A program made the position numbers and the translations under genes. Positions 36,636-44,897 of a stretch of 64,000 nt of DNA are shown in pieces. Numbering within the stretch: the stretch's first letter is position 1; each line of letters starts with the position of its first letter. Source of the DNA: Chloroflexota bacterium (GTDB taxonomy: Bacteria > Chloroflexota > Dehalococcoidia > Bin125); assembly GCA_026705025.1 (NCBI GenBank), contig JAPPBN010000030.1:12822-76821 (forward strand), read 5' to 3'. Under the pieces are notes generated by a model. It did no database searches and was not told where the DNA came from. It was given only the letters and a program-made list of their open reading frames with translations.

Positions 36636-36675
36636 ATCTGGACCAATCTGGACAAATCTGGACAAATCTGGACGC
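36636..36675. repeat. four tandem 10-bp units ATCTGGACAA (iteron-like)
   Basis: atctggacca atctggacaa atctggacaa atctggacgc. The reverse-complement 16-mer gtccagatttgtccag recurs at 52575-52590. Confidence 0.8.
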
Positions 36676-36799
36676 CAGAACGCGCGATTCTCAGTCCACA
36701 ACAGCAGATCAACCAATCGCCTCCCAAAATCGCCCGCCCGCCCCACATCCCTCCCGGATCGGTGATTGGGCCCTCGATCGCTGCAAGTATCCTGACCCA

Positions 36800-39226
36800 A
36801 TGCTCAACGACACCCGAATTCTCGACCTCACCGACGAACCGCTCGCCCTCGGCGCGCGCATGCTCGCCGATATCGGCGCCGACGTCGTCCGCATCGAAGA
36901 CGCCCGCGGCGACCAGCTCCGCATGCGCGAACCAGCCATCAATGGCGACGCGCCCAGGGCCGAGCGCGGCTGGGCCCACCTGCTCTACAACGCCGGCAAG
37001 CGCTCCGTCGCCGTCAATGTCGACGATCCCGAGACCTGGACCCGGATCGAATCGCTGCTGCCGCACTTCGACGTAGTCCTCGCCCCGCTGGAACCGGCCG
37101 ATGCGCTGGCCGACTGGCTCGAACGCGGCCGCAACGGCGAGTGGTCCGCCGAGATCCCCATCGTCGACGCCGTCTTCCGCCGAGGCGCCGACGAGCCGAT
37201 GACCGACCTCACCGCCATGGCCGCCGGCGGACACATCGTGCTCAACGGCCATCCCGAAGACCCGCCCGTCTGGCCGGCCGGCAACCTCTCCCACAAGCAA
37301 GGCTCAATCGCCATGGCCGAGGCAGCCATGGCCCTGATCATGCAGCGTCGACGCGGCGGCGAGGTCGGCCGGATCACGGTCGGCATCCAGGAAGCGGTCA
37401 CCTTCACCACCCTGCAGACCGCCAGCGGCAACTGGTGGACCTGGCACGGCACCTCGCCCAGCCGCCACATCCCCATCGGCTCCGGCGTCACCTTTCAAGC
37501 CAAAGACGGCCACTGGCTCTCCTTCACCATCCACCCGCCGCACTGGTACCGATTCGTCAACTGGGTCGACGACGTGCTCGGCCTCGAAGAGGGCGAACTC
37601 AGAGGCGAAGACTGGGACGACGAGTTCTGGCGCGAGCAGCACCAACCAGAGATCGTCCCCTGGATCGACCGCCTCTGCAAGGCCCTCACCGTGGCTGAAC
37701 TGCACGACAAGGGCCAGGAACTCGGACTCCTCGTCCTACCGATCAACACGGTCGAGGAAGTCGCCAACGACCCCCACTTGATTGCAAGGGGCTACTACCA
37801 GTCCGTCGACCACCCCCAGCTGGCAACCAGCCTCATCCTCCCCCGCTCCCCAATCCGAACCCGAGGCGAACAAACCCGCGCCCGGCGAGCCCCCACCCTC
37901 GGCGAGCACAACCGCGAGATTCTCCAGACCTTCCCTTCCGGGGGAGATGCCGCGGAGCGGCCCAGGGGCCCCGCTCCAAACCAGGCGCCAGTCCTCTTCA
38001 ACGGCACACCCCCGCCACCACGAAAACCCCTCGACGGCCTCCGAGTCCTCGACTTCACCTGGGCCATCGCCGGCTCGCTCGGCACCCGGCTGCTCGCCGA
38101 CCTCGGCGCAGATGTGCTGAAGATCGAATCCGAATCGCGAATCGACCCGATCCGCTATCGAGGCGTCCAGCCGCCCGACCACTTCTCGATCAACACCAAC
38201 GGCACCTTCAATGACTGCTCCGGCGGCAAGAAGTCGGTCACGCTCAATCTCAAGACTGAAGAGGGAATCGAAGCCGTCCGCGAACTGGCCCAGCATGCCG
38301 ATCTCGTCACCTCCAACTACACCCCCTACCGGCTCGACCGCTGGGGCATCGGCTATGACGATCTGCGCCAGCTCAAGCCGGACATCATCGTCTGCAACGT
38401 CGCCGTCATGGGCATCGAGGGTCCGCGCGCCGAATGGCGCTCCTACGGCAACGGGATCGTCGCCATGTGCGGTCTTGCCCATCGCTCCGGATTCCCCGGT
38501 AAAGCGCCGATTGGACTCGGAACCCTGCACACCGATTTCACCGTCCCCTACTACCTGTCAACCTCAGTCATGGCCGCCCTCGACCATCGAGAGCGCACTG
38601 GCGAGGGCCGCTACCTCGAGATCGCCCAGTACGAGACTGCCGTCCAACTGCTTGACACCGAACTCATCGAAGCACTCAACGGTGCAGCTGAGCGTCCACG
38701 GATCGGAAATCGCTCGCTCTTCATGTCGCCGCACGGCGTCTTTCCCGCCGCCGGGGACGAGCGCTGGGTCGCGATCGCATGCCGCGACGACACCGACTGG
38801 CGCAGCCTCTGCCGGGTCATGGGCCGCGCCGACCTCGCGGCGAGGCCAGAGCTCGACAGCCTCGCCGGGCGCCAGGCCAACGAGGACGAGCTGGAAGCCG
38901 CCATTGCCAGCTGGACCCAAGCCCAGGACGACTGGACCTCGTACCGACTGCTGATCAATGCCGGAGTCCCCGCCAGCCCGGTCGAGCGTCTCGAGGACTT
39001 CTTCGACGGCCAGGACCGCGCGATGAGAGACAACTACAACCCTGCGGAATCGCCCGAGGGCTGCACATTCCAGATCCAGCAGGAGCCAATCATCTGGGAC
39101 GGCGAGCGCCTCCCCGCTGTCCGCGCTCCGATCTGGAGCGAGCACACCGAGGAAGTGCTCAAGGGTCTGCTGGGCTACAGCGACGACGATATGACCCGCC
39201 TCGCCGCCGCCGGCACGCTGGGTTAG
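36800..39226 (+). CDS. fused two-module family III CoA-transferase
   Basis: 808 aa from ATG 36800. Module 1 has TRILDLTDEPLALGARMLADIGADVVRIED...APTLGEHNREIL. A linker follows, then module 2 with LRVLDFTWAIAGSLGTRLLADLGADVLKIES...APIWSEHTEEVL. The 118 upstream codons of the tracked ORF run through repeats and are not coding. Confidence 0.85.
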   Translation: MLNDTRILDLTDEPLALGARMLADIGADVVRIEDARGDQLRMREPAINGDAPRAERGWAHLLYNAGKRSVAVNVDDPETWTRIESLLPHFDVVLAPLEPADALADWLERGRNGEWSAEIPIVDAVFRRGADEPMTDLTAMAAGGHIVLNGHPEDPPVWPAGNLSHKQGSIAMAEAAMALIMQRRRGGEVGRITVGIQEAVTFTTLQTASGNWWTWHGTSPSRHIPIGSGVTFQAKDGHWLSFTIHPPHWYRFVNWVDDVLGLEEGELRGEDWDDEFWREQHQPEIVPWIDRLCKALTVAELHDKGQELGLLVLPINTVEEVANDPHLIARGYYQSVDHPQLATSLILPRSPIRTRGEQTRARRAPTLGEHNREILQTFPSGGDAAERPRGPAPNQAPVLFNGTPPPPRKPLDGLRVLDFTWAIAGSLGTRLLADLGADVLKIESESRIDPIRYRGVQPPDHFSINTNGTFNDCSGGKKSVTLNLKTEEGIEAVRELAQHADLVTSNYTPYRLDRWGIGYDDLRQLKPDIIVCNVAVMGIEGPRAEWRSYGNGIVAMCGLAHRSGFPGKAPIGLGTLHTDFTVPYYLSTSVMAALDHRERTGEGRYLEIAQYETAVQLLDTELIEALNGAAERPRIGNRSLFMSPHGVFPAAGDERWVAIACRDDTDWRSLCRVMGRADLAARPELDSLAGRQANEDELEAAIASWTQAQDDWTSYRLLINAGVPASPVERLEDFFDGQDRAMRDNYNPAESPEGCTFQIQQEPIIWDGERLPAVRAPIWSEHTEEVLKGLLGYSDDDMTRLAAAGTLG
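37925..37972. repeat. REP family 1 copy inside a coding region (interdomain linker)
   Basis: cagaccttcccttccgggggagatgccgcggagcggcccaggggcccc, about 42/48 identical to the intergenic copy at 4644-4691. Confidence 0.75.
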
Positions 39227-39741
39227 CTCTGCCAGCGCCCCTTGCCCCAACCGCCCATGCCATCCCGATCGAAGCCGTTGTTCACGACATCTTCAATCCG
39301 GGTCGCTGCCTCCGACTTCTTCGTCTCGGCCTCTTCATCGGTCAGCTTGCCGGCCTCCACGGCCGCGTCGATCCGCTCGTTGGCCTTGACGACCAGCGCG
39401 TCGATCACCGTCTGCGCATCGACGCCGTTCTCCCCGGCAATCTCGGCCAGCGTCTTGCCTTCGGCGAGCGCAGTCTTCAGTCCGTCGACATCCGTGCCCA
39501 CCAGCTCGGCCAGCGCTGAAACACCGGCGCCGAACTTGCCGTGACCCCTGCGGCCTTCGCAGTCTTCCTTCTCCGATTCTCCTTCGCCCTCCGAGAATTG
39601 CTGGCCATGTTGAGTGCGATTGCCGTCTTCCGAACGTGCCGAGATGACCGTCACTGCTGCGACCCCGATCGAAGCAACCAGCGCCAGCGGCAGGAGCCAC
39701 TTGTAGGCCAGACCAATCCAGCGATTCGAAATTGTTTCCAC
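39223..39741 (-). CDS. hypothetical N-terminally anchored/secreted protein
   Basis: 172 aa. N-terminal TM WLLPLALVASIGVAAVTVI, then an acidic and helical region. Confidence 0.5.
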   Translation of the reverse strand: METISNRWIGLAYKWLLPLALVASIGVAAVTVISARSEDGNRTQHGQQFSEGEGESEKEDCEGRRGHGKFGAGVSALAELVGTDVDGLKTALAEGKTLAEIAGENGVDAQTVIDALVVKANERIDAAVEAGKLTDEEAETKKSEAATRIEDVVNNGFDRDGMGGWGKGRWQS

Positions 39742-39862
39742 CGGTCATTCCCTTCTTGCATCTGGGGGCCGTCCCCGATGCAAGAAACCTATGGAGACGA
39801 CGTAAGCGCCATCCGACCGGCAGGTATGCAGAGCGTCAACGCTCGGTGAAGTCTGGCGCTGG

Positions 39863-41206
39863 CTAGGGAATCTCGGGGTCGTAGTCCATCCCGATATGGC
39901 CGCGCTCCCGGAACGCCTCGTATTCCGACTCCGGATAGCCCAGCACCTCGCGATAGACGTAGTCGTTGTCTTCGCCCAGCGCGACCGCCGGCTTACGGAT
40001 CCCCAGCGGCGTCTCCGAGAACCTCATGAACGGCGTGTTGTAGCGGAACGAACCCACGTCGTCGTAAAGGTCGTGCTCTTCGTTCAGACCCCGGTGCTGC
40101 ACATGCGCATCGTCGTAGATCCGCGATGAATCCAGCACAGGCGCCGCGGGCACGCCGTGCGACTGCAACACATGCATCAGCTCATAATCCGTCTGAGTCG
40201 ATGTCCATTTCGCAATCTGCTCGTCCAGTAGGTCGTGACCTTCCAGACGCCCCGCCTCTCGCCGCAGTTCCGGCGCGCTTGCCCATCCCGGATCGCCCAT
40301 CGCCGCTCGCAGACCCAGCCACTGGTCGTCATCCATCACCGAGATCGAGATCCAGCGGTCGCTGCCGTCCGTCCCGTCGCCGTCCGATTTCGCCGGATAG
40401 AGGTTGTACGGAGCGTGTCCGTTGACCGATCGATTGCCGATCCGTTCCTGCACGACCCCATTGAACGAGTAGTCCATGAAAGCCTGTGCCAGCATCCCTC
40501 CTGCGCACTCCGCCTGCGCCAGCTCAATGAACTGGCCCTCGCCCGTCCGACGCCGGTGCCGCAGCGCCGCCATAATCGCGAACGCCGCGTGCGCCCCGGC
40601 GACATAATCCCCGGAAAAGATCGAAGTGATGTAGGACGGGTCAAGGTCGGGATAGCCGCGCAACAGCGTGTGTCCCATTACCGACTCGAGATGCACGCCC
40701 AACGCGCGTGCGAAGCGGTAGGGACCGTTCGACCCGTATGCGGGCATTCGCAGGGCGATGATGTCCTCGCGCGACTGACGCAAGAAGTCCGGTCCAATGC
40801 CCAGCTTTTCCAGCGTGCCCGAGGCATTGTTTTCGACCAGCGCATCCGATTTCGAGACCAGGTTAGCGAAGATCTCGCGACCTTCGTCGGAGACGAGATC
40901 GACGGTCATCGAGTGCTTGTTGCGGAACTGCTGGACGAAGGTCGGCGCGTAGTTCCAGGGCCGCGGTCCAGGTTCTGCGTTTGGGTAGCCCACCGCCCAG
41001 CCTGCGCCGGCTTTGACCATCTCCGCCGACGGCCGGGCCTGTCCGCCCCGGGTCATCGGTTGCCAGACGTGGATGTTCTCGACTTTGATCACTTCGGCGC
41101 CAAGGTCGGCCAACAGCGTTGTCCCGAAGGTCCCCGCCCAGACCACAGTCAGGTCAATCACGCGAATGCCAGAGAGTGGCAGAGTCAAGGCTGGATCGCT
41201 ACTCAC
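39863..41206 (-). CDS. family III CoA-transferase
   Basis: IRVIDLTVVWAGTFGTTLLADLGAEVIKVEN. GTG 41206 preferred (8-nt overlap with the upstream stop); ATG 41251 is the maximal ORF. Confidence 0.85.
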   Translation of the reverse strand: MSSDPALTLPLSGIRVIDLTVVWAGTFGTTLLADLGAEVIKVENIHVWQPMTRGGQARPSAEMVKAGAGWAVGYPNAEPGPRPWNYAPTFVQQFRNKHSMTVDLVSDEGREIFANLVSKSDALVENNASGTLEKLGIGPDFLRQSREDIIALRMPAYGSNGPYRFARALGVHLESVMGHTLLRGYPDLDPSYITSIFSGDYVAGAHAAFAIMAALRHRRRTGEGQFIELAQAECAGGMLAQAFMDYSFNGVVQERIGNRSVNGHAPYNLYPAKSDGDGTDGSDRWISISVMDDDQWLGLRAAMGDPGWASAPELRREAGRLEGHDLLDEQIAKWTSTQTDYELMHVLQSHGVPAAPVLDSSRIYDDAHVQHRGLNEEHDLYDDVGSFRYNTPFMRFSETPLGIRKPAVALGEDNDYVYREVLGYPESEYEAFRERGHIGMDYDPEIP

Positions 41207-42419
41207 CCAGCGCTCCCGTCGCTCGCAGATCCCCGATCTCTGACGAGCCAAACCCGCACTCCGACAACACCTCGTCCGTGTGCCCCCCCAGCTTGGGCGC
41301 CGGGCGCCTCAGCGACCAGGGTGAGGCCGACATCATGAACGGGCGGCCGGGAATCTGGACTTCACCCAACTCGTCGTGATTGGTCTCGGCCCAGAAGCCG
41401 CGATCGCTGAAGTGGGTGTCTTCGAAGAGCTCGTCGACCGAGAACAGTGGGCCGCAGAGCACCTTCGCCTCTCGCGCCTCGGCCCAGATCTCACGTTTGG
41501 TCCGCTCAAGCGCCCAAGGCAAGAAATGGGCGTTGAATTCTTCAACCAGCGCCGGATTTACTCCGGCGCCCGGCCGCCACCACTTCTCCTCCTGCAGCCA
41601 CTCGGGGCTGCCTAGCATCTCGTCCAGGCGCGGGACCCGAATCGCGGCACCCGAAAATTCCACGTAGCCATCGGCGCAGGGATAGACGCCCGATAGCATG
41701 CCCGCCGCCGGACCGGGCGCGCGCAGCGACTTGCGCCCGGCGTACTCCCAGCCCATGGTTGTCGCGTGGCGGCGGTCGACGCCGTTGAACTGTGCATCGG
41801 CCATGGCGAAGTCGACGTGCTGGGCGATGCCCTGCAGCTCGGCCGAGGTCAACGCTCCCATCGCCGCGGCCGCCGCTGCCGAGCCGCACTCGACGAGCGA
41901 AGCAGTGCCGTACATTTTGACCGGCTCACGATCCTGTACGCCGATCGAGTACATCTCACCGGCGAACCCGTACAGCACCAGGTCCGAGACCCGGTAGTCG
42001 CGGTAGGGCGAGTCGTGGCCGAACGGCGTGATCGAGACCATCGGCAGGTCGCCGCGCGACGCGCTCACCTGCTCCCAGCCGTAACCCAGCGACTCCAGCC
42101 GCCCGGCCGGCTGCGACTCGATTACGATGTCGGCCCGCCGCAACAGCCGCTCCATCACCGCTCTCGCCTCTTGCCGTTCCAGGTCAAGCACCATCGAGCG
42201 CTTGTTGGTGTTGAAGTAGAAGAAGGTCCCGGACCGTTCCGGCCCGCTGACGCCCTGATACCAGGGCCCGACTGACCGCGACGGATCGCCGCCGGGCGGC
42301 TCAACCTTGATCACGTCCGCGCCGAAGTCGGCAAACAGCTTGGTGCAGTACGGACCCGCGACGTGCTCGGTCAGATCGAGAACGGTGACGCCTTCGAGGG
42401 GTCCAGCTGGGTCCGCCAT
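41199..42419 (-). CDS. family III CoA-transferase
   Basis: 406 aa from ATG 42419: MADPAGPLEGVTVLDLTEHVAGPYCTKLFADFGADVIKVEPP. Confidence 0.85.
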   Translation of the reverse strand: MADPAGPLEGVTVLDLTEHVAGPYCTKLFADFGADVIKVEPPGGDPSRSVGPWYQGVSGPERSGTFFYFNTNKRSMVLDLERQEARAVMERLLRRADIVIESQPAGRLESLGYGWEQVSASRGDLPMVSITPFGHDSPYRDYRVSDLVLYGFAGEMYSIGVQDREPVKMYGTASLVECGSAAAAAAMGALTSAELQGIAQHVDFAMADAQFNGVDRRHATTMGWEYAGRKSLRAPGPAAGMLSGVYPCADGYVEFSGAAIRVPRLDEMLGSPEWLQEEKWWRPGAGVNPALVEEFNAHFLPWALERTKREIWAEAREAKVLCGPLFSVDELFEDTHFSDRGFWAETNHDELGEVQIPGRPFMMSASPWSLRRPAPKLGGHTDEVLSECGFGSSEIGDLRATGALGE

Positions 42420-42536
42420 GCGTCGGAGTGTAGGGGTAGCGTCGAAACACAGGCTCGGCAGCCGCGCTTCTCCAATGCGAACCGCAGCCGTTCTGAACAT
42501 AGAGCAGATAAACCAGGTATCCGCTATATTGACCAC

Positions 42537-42767
42537 ATGGCAGCAATGAATCCGATCCTTCGCATTCGCCGGGCATTCCGAGAGTTCGGCGCGACCTCCG
42601 CACAGGCCGACGAAGCGGTGAGCGCCGTTGACGAGTACTACGTGAGCCGGCAAGAGTTCGATGACCGGATCAGGGCCATCATGGCAGAGCAGACCAACCG
42701 CATACTCCTAGGCACATTCGTCCTGCTCAGCATCGCCGTCGGCGTGATTCTCGCTTTCGTCGCCTGA
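42537..42767 (+). CDS. small tail-anchored membrane protein (DUF1640-like architecture)
   Basis: 76 aa, MAAMNPILRIRRAFREFG...C-terminal TM LLGTFVLLSIAVGVILAFVA. Confidence 0.55.
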   Translation: MAAMNPILRIRRAFREFGATSAQADEAVSAVDEYYVSRQEFDDRIRAIMAEQTNRILLGTFVLLSIAVGVILAFVA

Positions 42768-42779
42768 GTTGAGCTCGAC

Positions 42780-43040
42780 ATGGCGACGATGAATCCAATC
42801 CTGAGACTTCGGCAAGCATTCCGATCGATGGGCGTTGAGGACGACCGGGCGGACGAAGCCGCGGACGCCATCGACCACCACACCTACGGACGTCGAGAGT
42901 CGGATCTGTTTCATGCCCAGATGATGTTGGAGTTTCGCCGTGACATGGCGGAAATGCGCACTCAGATGCTCCTGGCCATCTTCATCGCCGCGGGTTTGAT
43001 CATCACCGCGGTCGGAGTTCTCATTGCCGTGTTCGACTGA
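42780..43040 (+). CDS. small tail-anchored membrane protein (DUF1640-like architecture)
   Basis: 86 aa, MATMNPILRLRQAFRSMG...C-terminal TM LLAIFIAAGLIITAVGVLIAVF. Tandem paralog. Confidence 0.55.
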   Translation: MATMNPILRLRQAFRSMGVEDDRADEAADAIDHHTYGRRESDLFHAQMMLEFRRDMAEMRTQMLLAIFIAAGLIITAVGVLIAVFD

Positions 43041-43049
43041 CTCCATGGC

Positions 43050-44426
43050 TCAATCCGGATGACGCGCGATCTGGCCTCTCGGTTTTGTCGTGATCACAGC
43101 CGTCCCGGTTCTGAACGGTTTCAGGATCGTCAGTTCGTGCATGTAGCGGTCCGCGTCGAGGAGGTCGTCGTTCAGTTTCTTCGGTTTGGGCGATTGCTCG
43201 CCTGATTTCAGGTCCCACTGGTACTCGCGCATCCGCTCCGGAAAGCGGTGCATGGGCGGGGTGTAGTAGGAACCGGGCGGATCCTGACTGAGTCGCTGTT
43301 GGACCAGGCTGATGCCCCAGTTGAGAGAGTCCGGTCCTCCCTTACTGGGCACGACCCTGTGCCCCTGGCGGCGTTGATGATCGATCCAGGCCGACTGCGA
43401 GCGATCGGCGCACCACTGGATCGGGCCCAGCTTGCGCTGCCAGTGATGTTGCCATTGCTCGAGCCGTTCCGTCACGCCGGGCCCGCGATCTTCGAACTCA
43501 CCGAGACGGATCAGCACGTTGGGACCGCAGGGCGCGCGATTGGAGGTGATTCCGGCGACGACTCCAGCCGTGTAATGGTCACGCGGCGACTGCCCGCCGA
43601 AGTCGAGTCCTCCGATGTATCTGGCGAACGGGGGCAGCGGGGCGTCCCAGAGCTGGCGTCGGGGATCGAAGTCGGGGTAGATCTGACCCTCGAACGCATC
43701 GAAGCGGCCCTCGATGAAGCGCTGGACCCACTCGCCGGGCTGCAGCGCCTGCTGCTGAGCGGCATAGTTGTCGGGCAGGTGCGGGTTGTCGGGAATCCTG
43801 GCGGGGATGTACACGATCCTGCCTGCGGCCTCGGCGAATGCGGATTCGTCCAGCTCACGACGAGCAAACCAGCGCTCGAACCACCCAGGCCAGGGATTGG
43901 AGGCGGCGACGAACCAACGTTGGGGCTGCGCCGGATGCCTGAGACGGGTCAAGAGCATCTGCGCGGCCTCCTCGGCCACTTCGCCGGCTTCGTCGACAAA
44001 GACCGCGCCGTACTGTTCCGATCCCAGCCCAGTCCACTCCGACAGATGCCGAAAGTGGATCGTCGAGCTCACTCCGCCAGGCCAGGCCACATCTCGGATT
44101 GACACCCATTGCGGCGCCGATCGTTGCCGACCGACTATGAGGCGCTCCGGCAGACATTCGAAGAACTCACGCATCGTGGTGGTCTGTAGATCGGAGTAGT
44201 GCTGCCGCGCGACGAGGATGTTCGTCCCGGGATAAGAGAGTGCAGTATCGATCGCCAATTCAGCGATCGCGCGGGTCTTGCCGCCGCCCATCGCGCCGCC
44301 GTAGCCAACCAGAGTCGTGCCGCCGGCCGGCGTCTGGCGCAGAGCGTCGTACACCGCGAGTTGCCGAGCGGTTGGCGTAAATCGTTGCTCCTGGGGCTCA
44401 AGGGCACTCAGGCTACGTGTCGCCAT
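43050..44426 (-). CDS. phage terminase large subunit
   Basis: 458 aa. Walker A GYGGAMGGGKT, Walker B AVFVDEAGE, C-terminal nuclease-type LLDADRY. Confidence 0.8.
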   Translation of the reverse strand: MATRSLSALEPQEQRFTPTARQLAVYDALRQTPAGGTTLVGYGGAMGGGKTRAIAELAIDTALSYPGTNILVARQHYSDLQTTTMREFFECLPERLIVGRQRSAPQWVSIRDVAWPGGVSSTIHFRHLSEWTGLGSEQYGAVFVDEAGEVAEEAAQMLLTRLRHPAQPQRWFVAASNPWPGWFERWFARRELDESAFAEAAGRIVYIPARIPDNPHLPDNYAAQQQALQPGEWVQRFIEGRFDAFEGQIYPDFDPRRQLWDAPLPPFARYIGGLDFGGQSPRDHYTAGVVAGITSNRAPCGPNVLIRLGEFEDRGPGVTERLEQWQHHWQRKLGPIQWCADRSQSAWIDHQRRQGHRVVPSKGGPDSLNWGISLVQQRLSQDPPGSYYTPPMHRFPERMREYQWDLKSGEQSPKPKKLNDDLLDADRYMHELTILKPFRTGTAVITTKPRGQIARHPD

Positions 44427-44778
44427 CGCCCGCTCCCGCTCGTACTCCGGGAGGCTGATCCAGCGGCGGGGTCAATCGCACGACCGGCACGCCTCCCTCG
44501 GGTGTGCTCTCCTTGAACATGCCAATGTCTCTGCCCATGACTTCCCAGGCGCGCAACTGGACGTTCTCCGATGCGCTGCGATAGGCCAGTTGGCGAATCC
44601 CCTGTATCACCTCACTCCTGGTTACCGGCCCCTCGGGAATCTCGACCGCATCCTGTTCACGATCAGACAAAACAATCCTCGCATTCTGCAGTCTCGCCTC
44701 GGCAGGCGAGCCACACGCAATCGACGGAAGAATGCGGTCGATCATATACGTACATCTGTGCGAGGTCGATTTCGCCAC
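44413..44778 (-). CDS. terminase small subunit-like protein
   Basis: 121 aa overlapping the terminase large gene by 14 nt. ...LRAWEVMGRDIGMFKE resembles the helix seen in small terminases. Start uncertain. Confidence 0.35.
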   Translation of the reverse strand: MAKSTSHRCTYMIDRILPSIACGSPAEARLQNARIVLSDREQDAVEIPEGPVTRSEVIQGIRQLAYRSASENVQLRAWEVMGRDIGMFKESTPEGGVPVVRLTPPLDQPPGVRAGAGDGDT

Positions 44779-44897
44779 GCGCTATGACAGTGAAGCAAGC
44801 GACAGCCAGGAACCATGCGCCGCTCCGTGCCCGATCGATCAGAGCTCAGCCTCTGCAGCGCCCAGGCCTCGTCACCGGGACCGCCAGAACTTGGCGG

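Noticed and set aside
36446-36799. 118-codon upstream extension of the fused CoA-transferase ORF.
   Set aside because: It runs through a REP hairpin and the 10-bp repeat array. The canonical CoA-transferase N-terminus begins at ATG 36800.
41207-41251. ATG 41251 as start of the CoA-transferase at 39863.
   Set aside because: It would overlap the upstream gene by 53 nt and add an Arg-rich leader. GTG 41206 gives the usual short leader before LSGIRVIDLT. The alternative remains possible.
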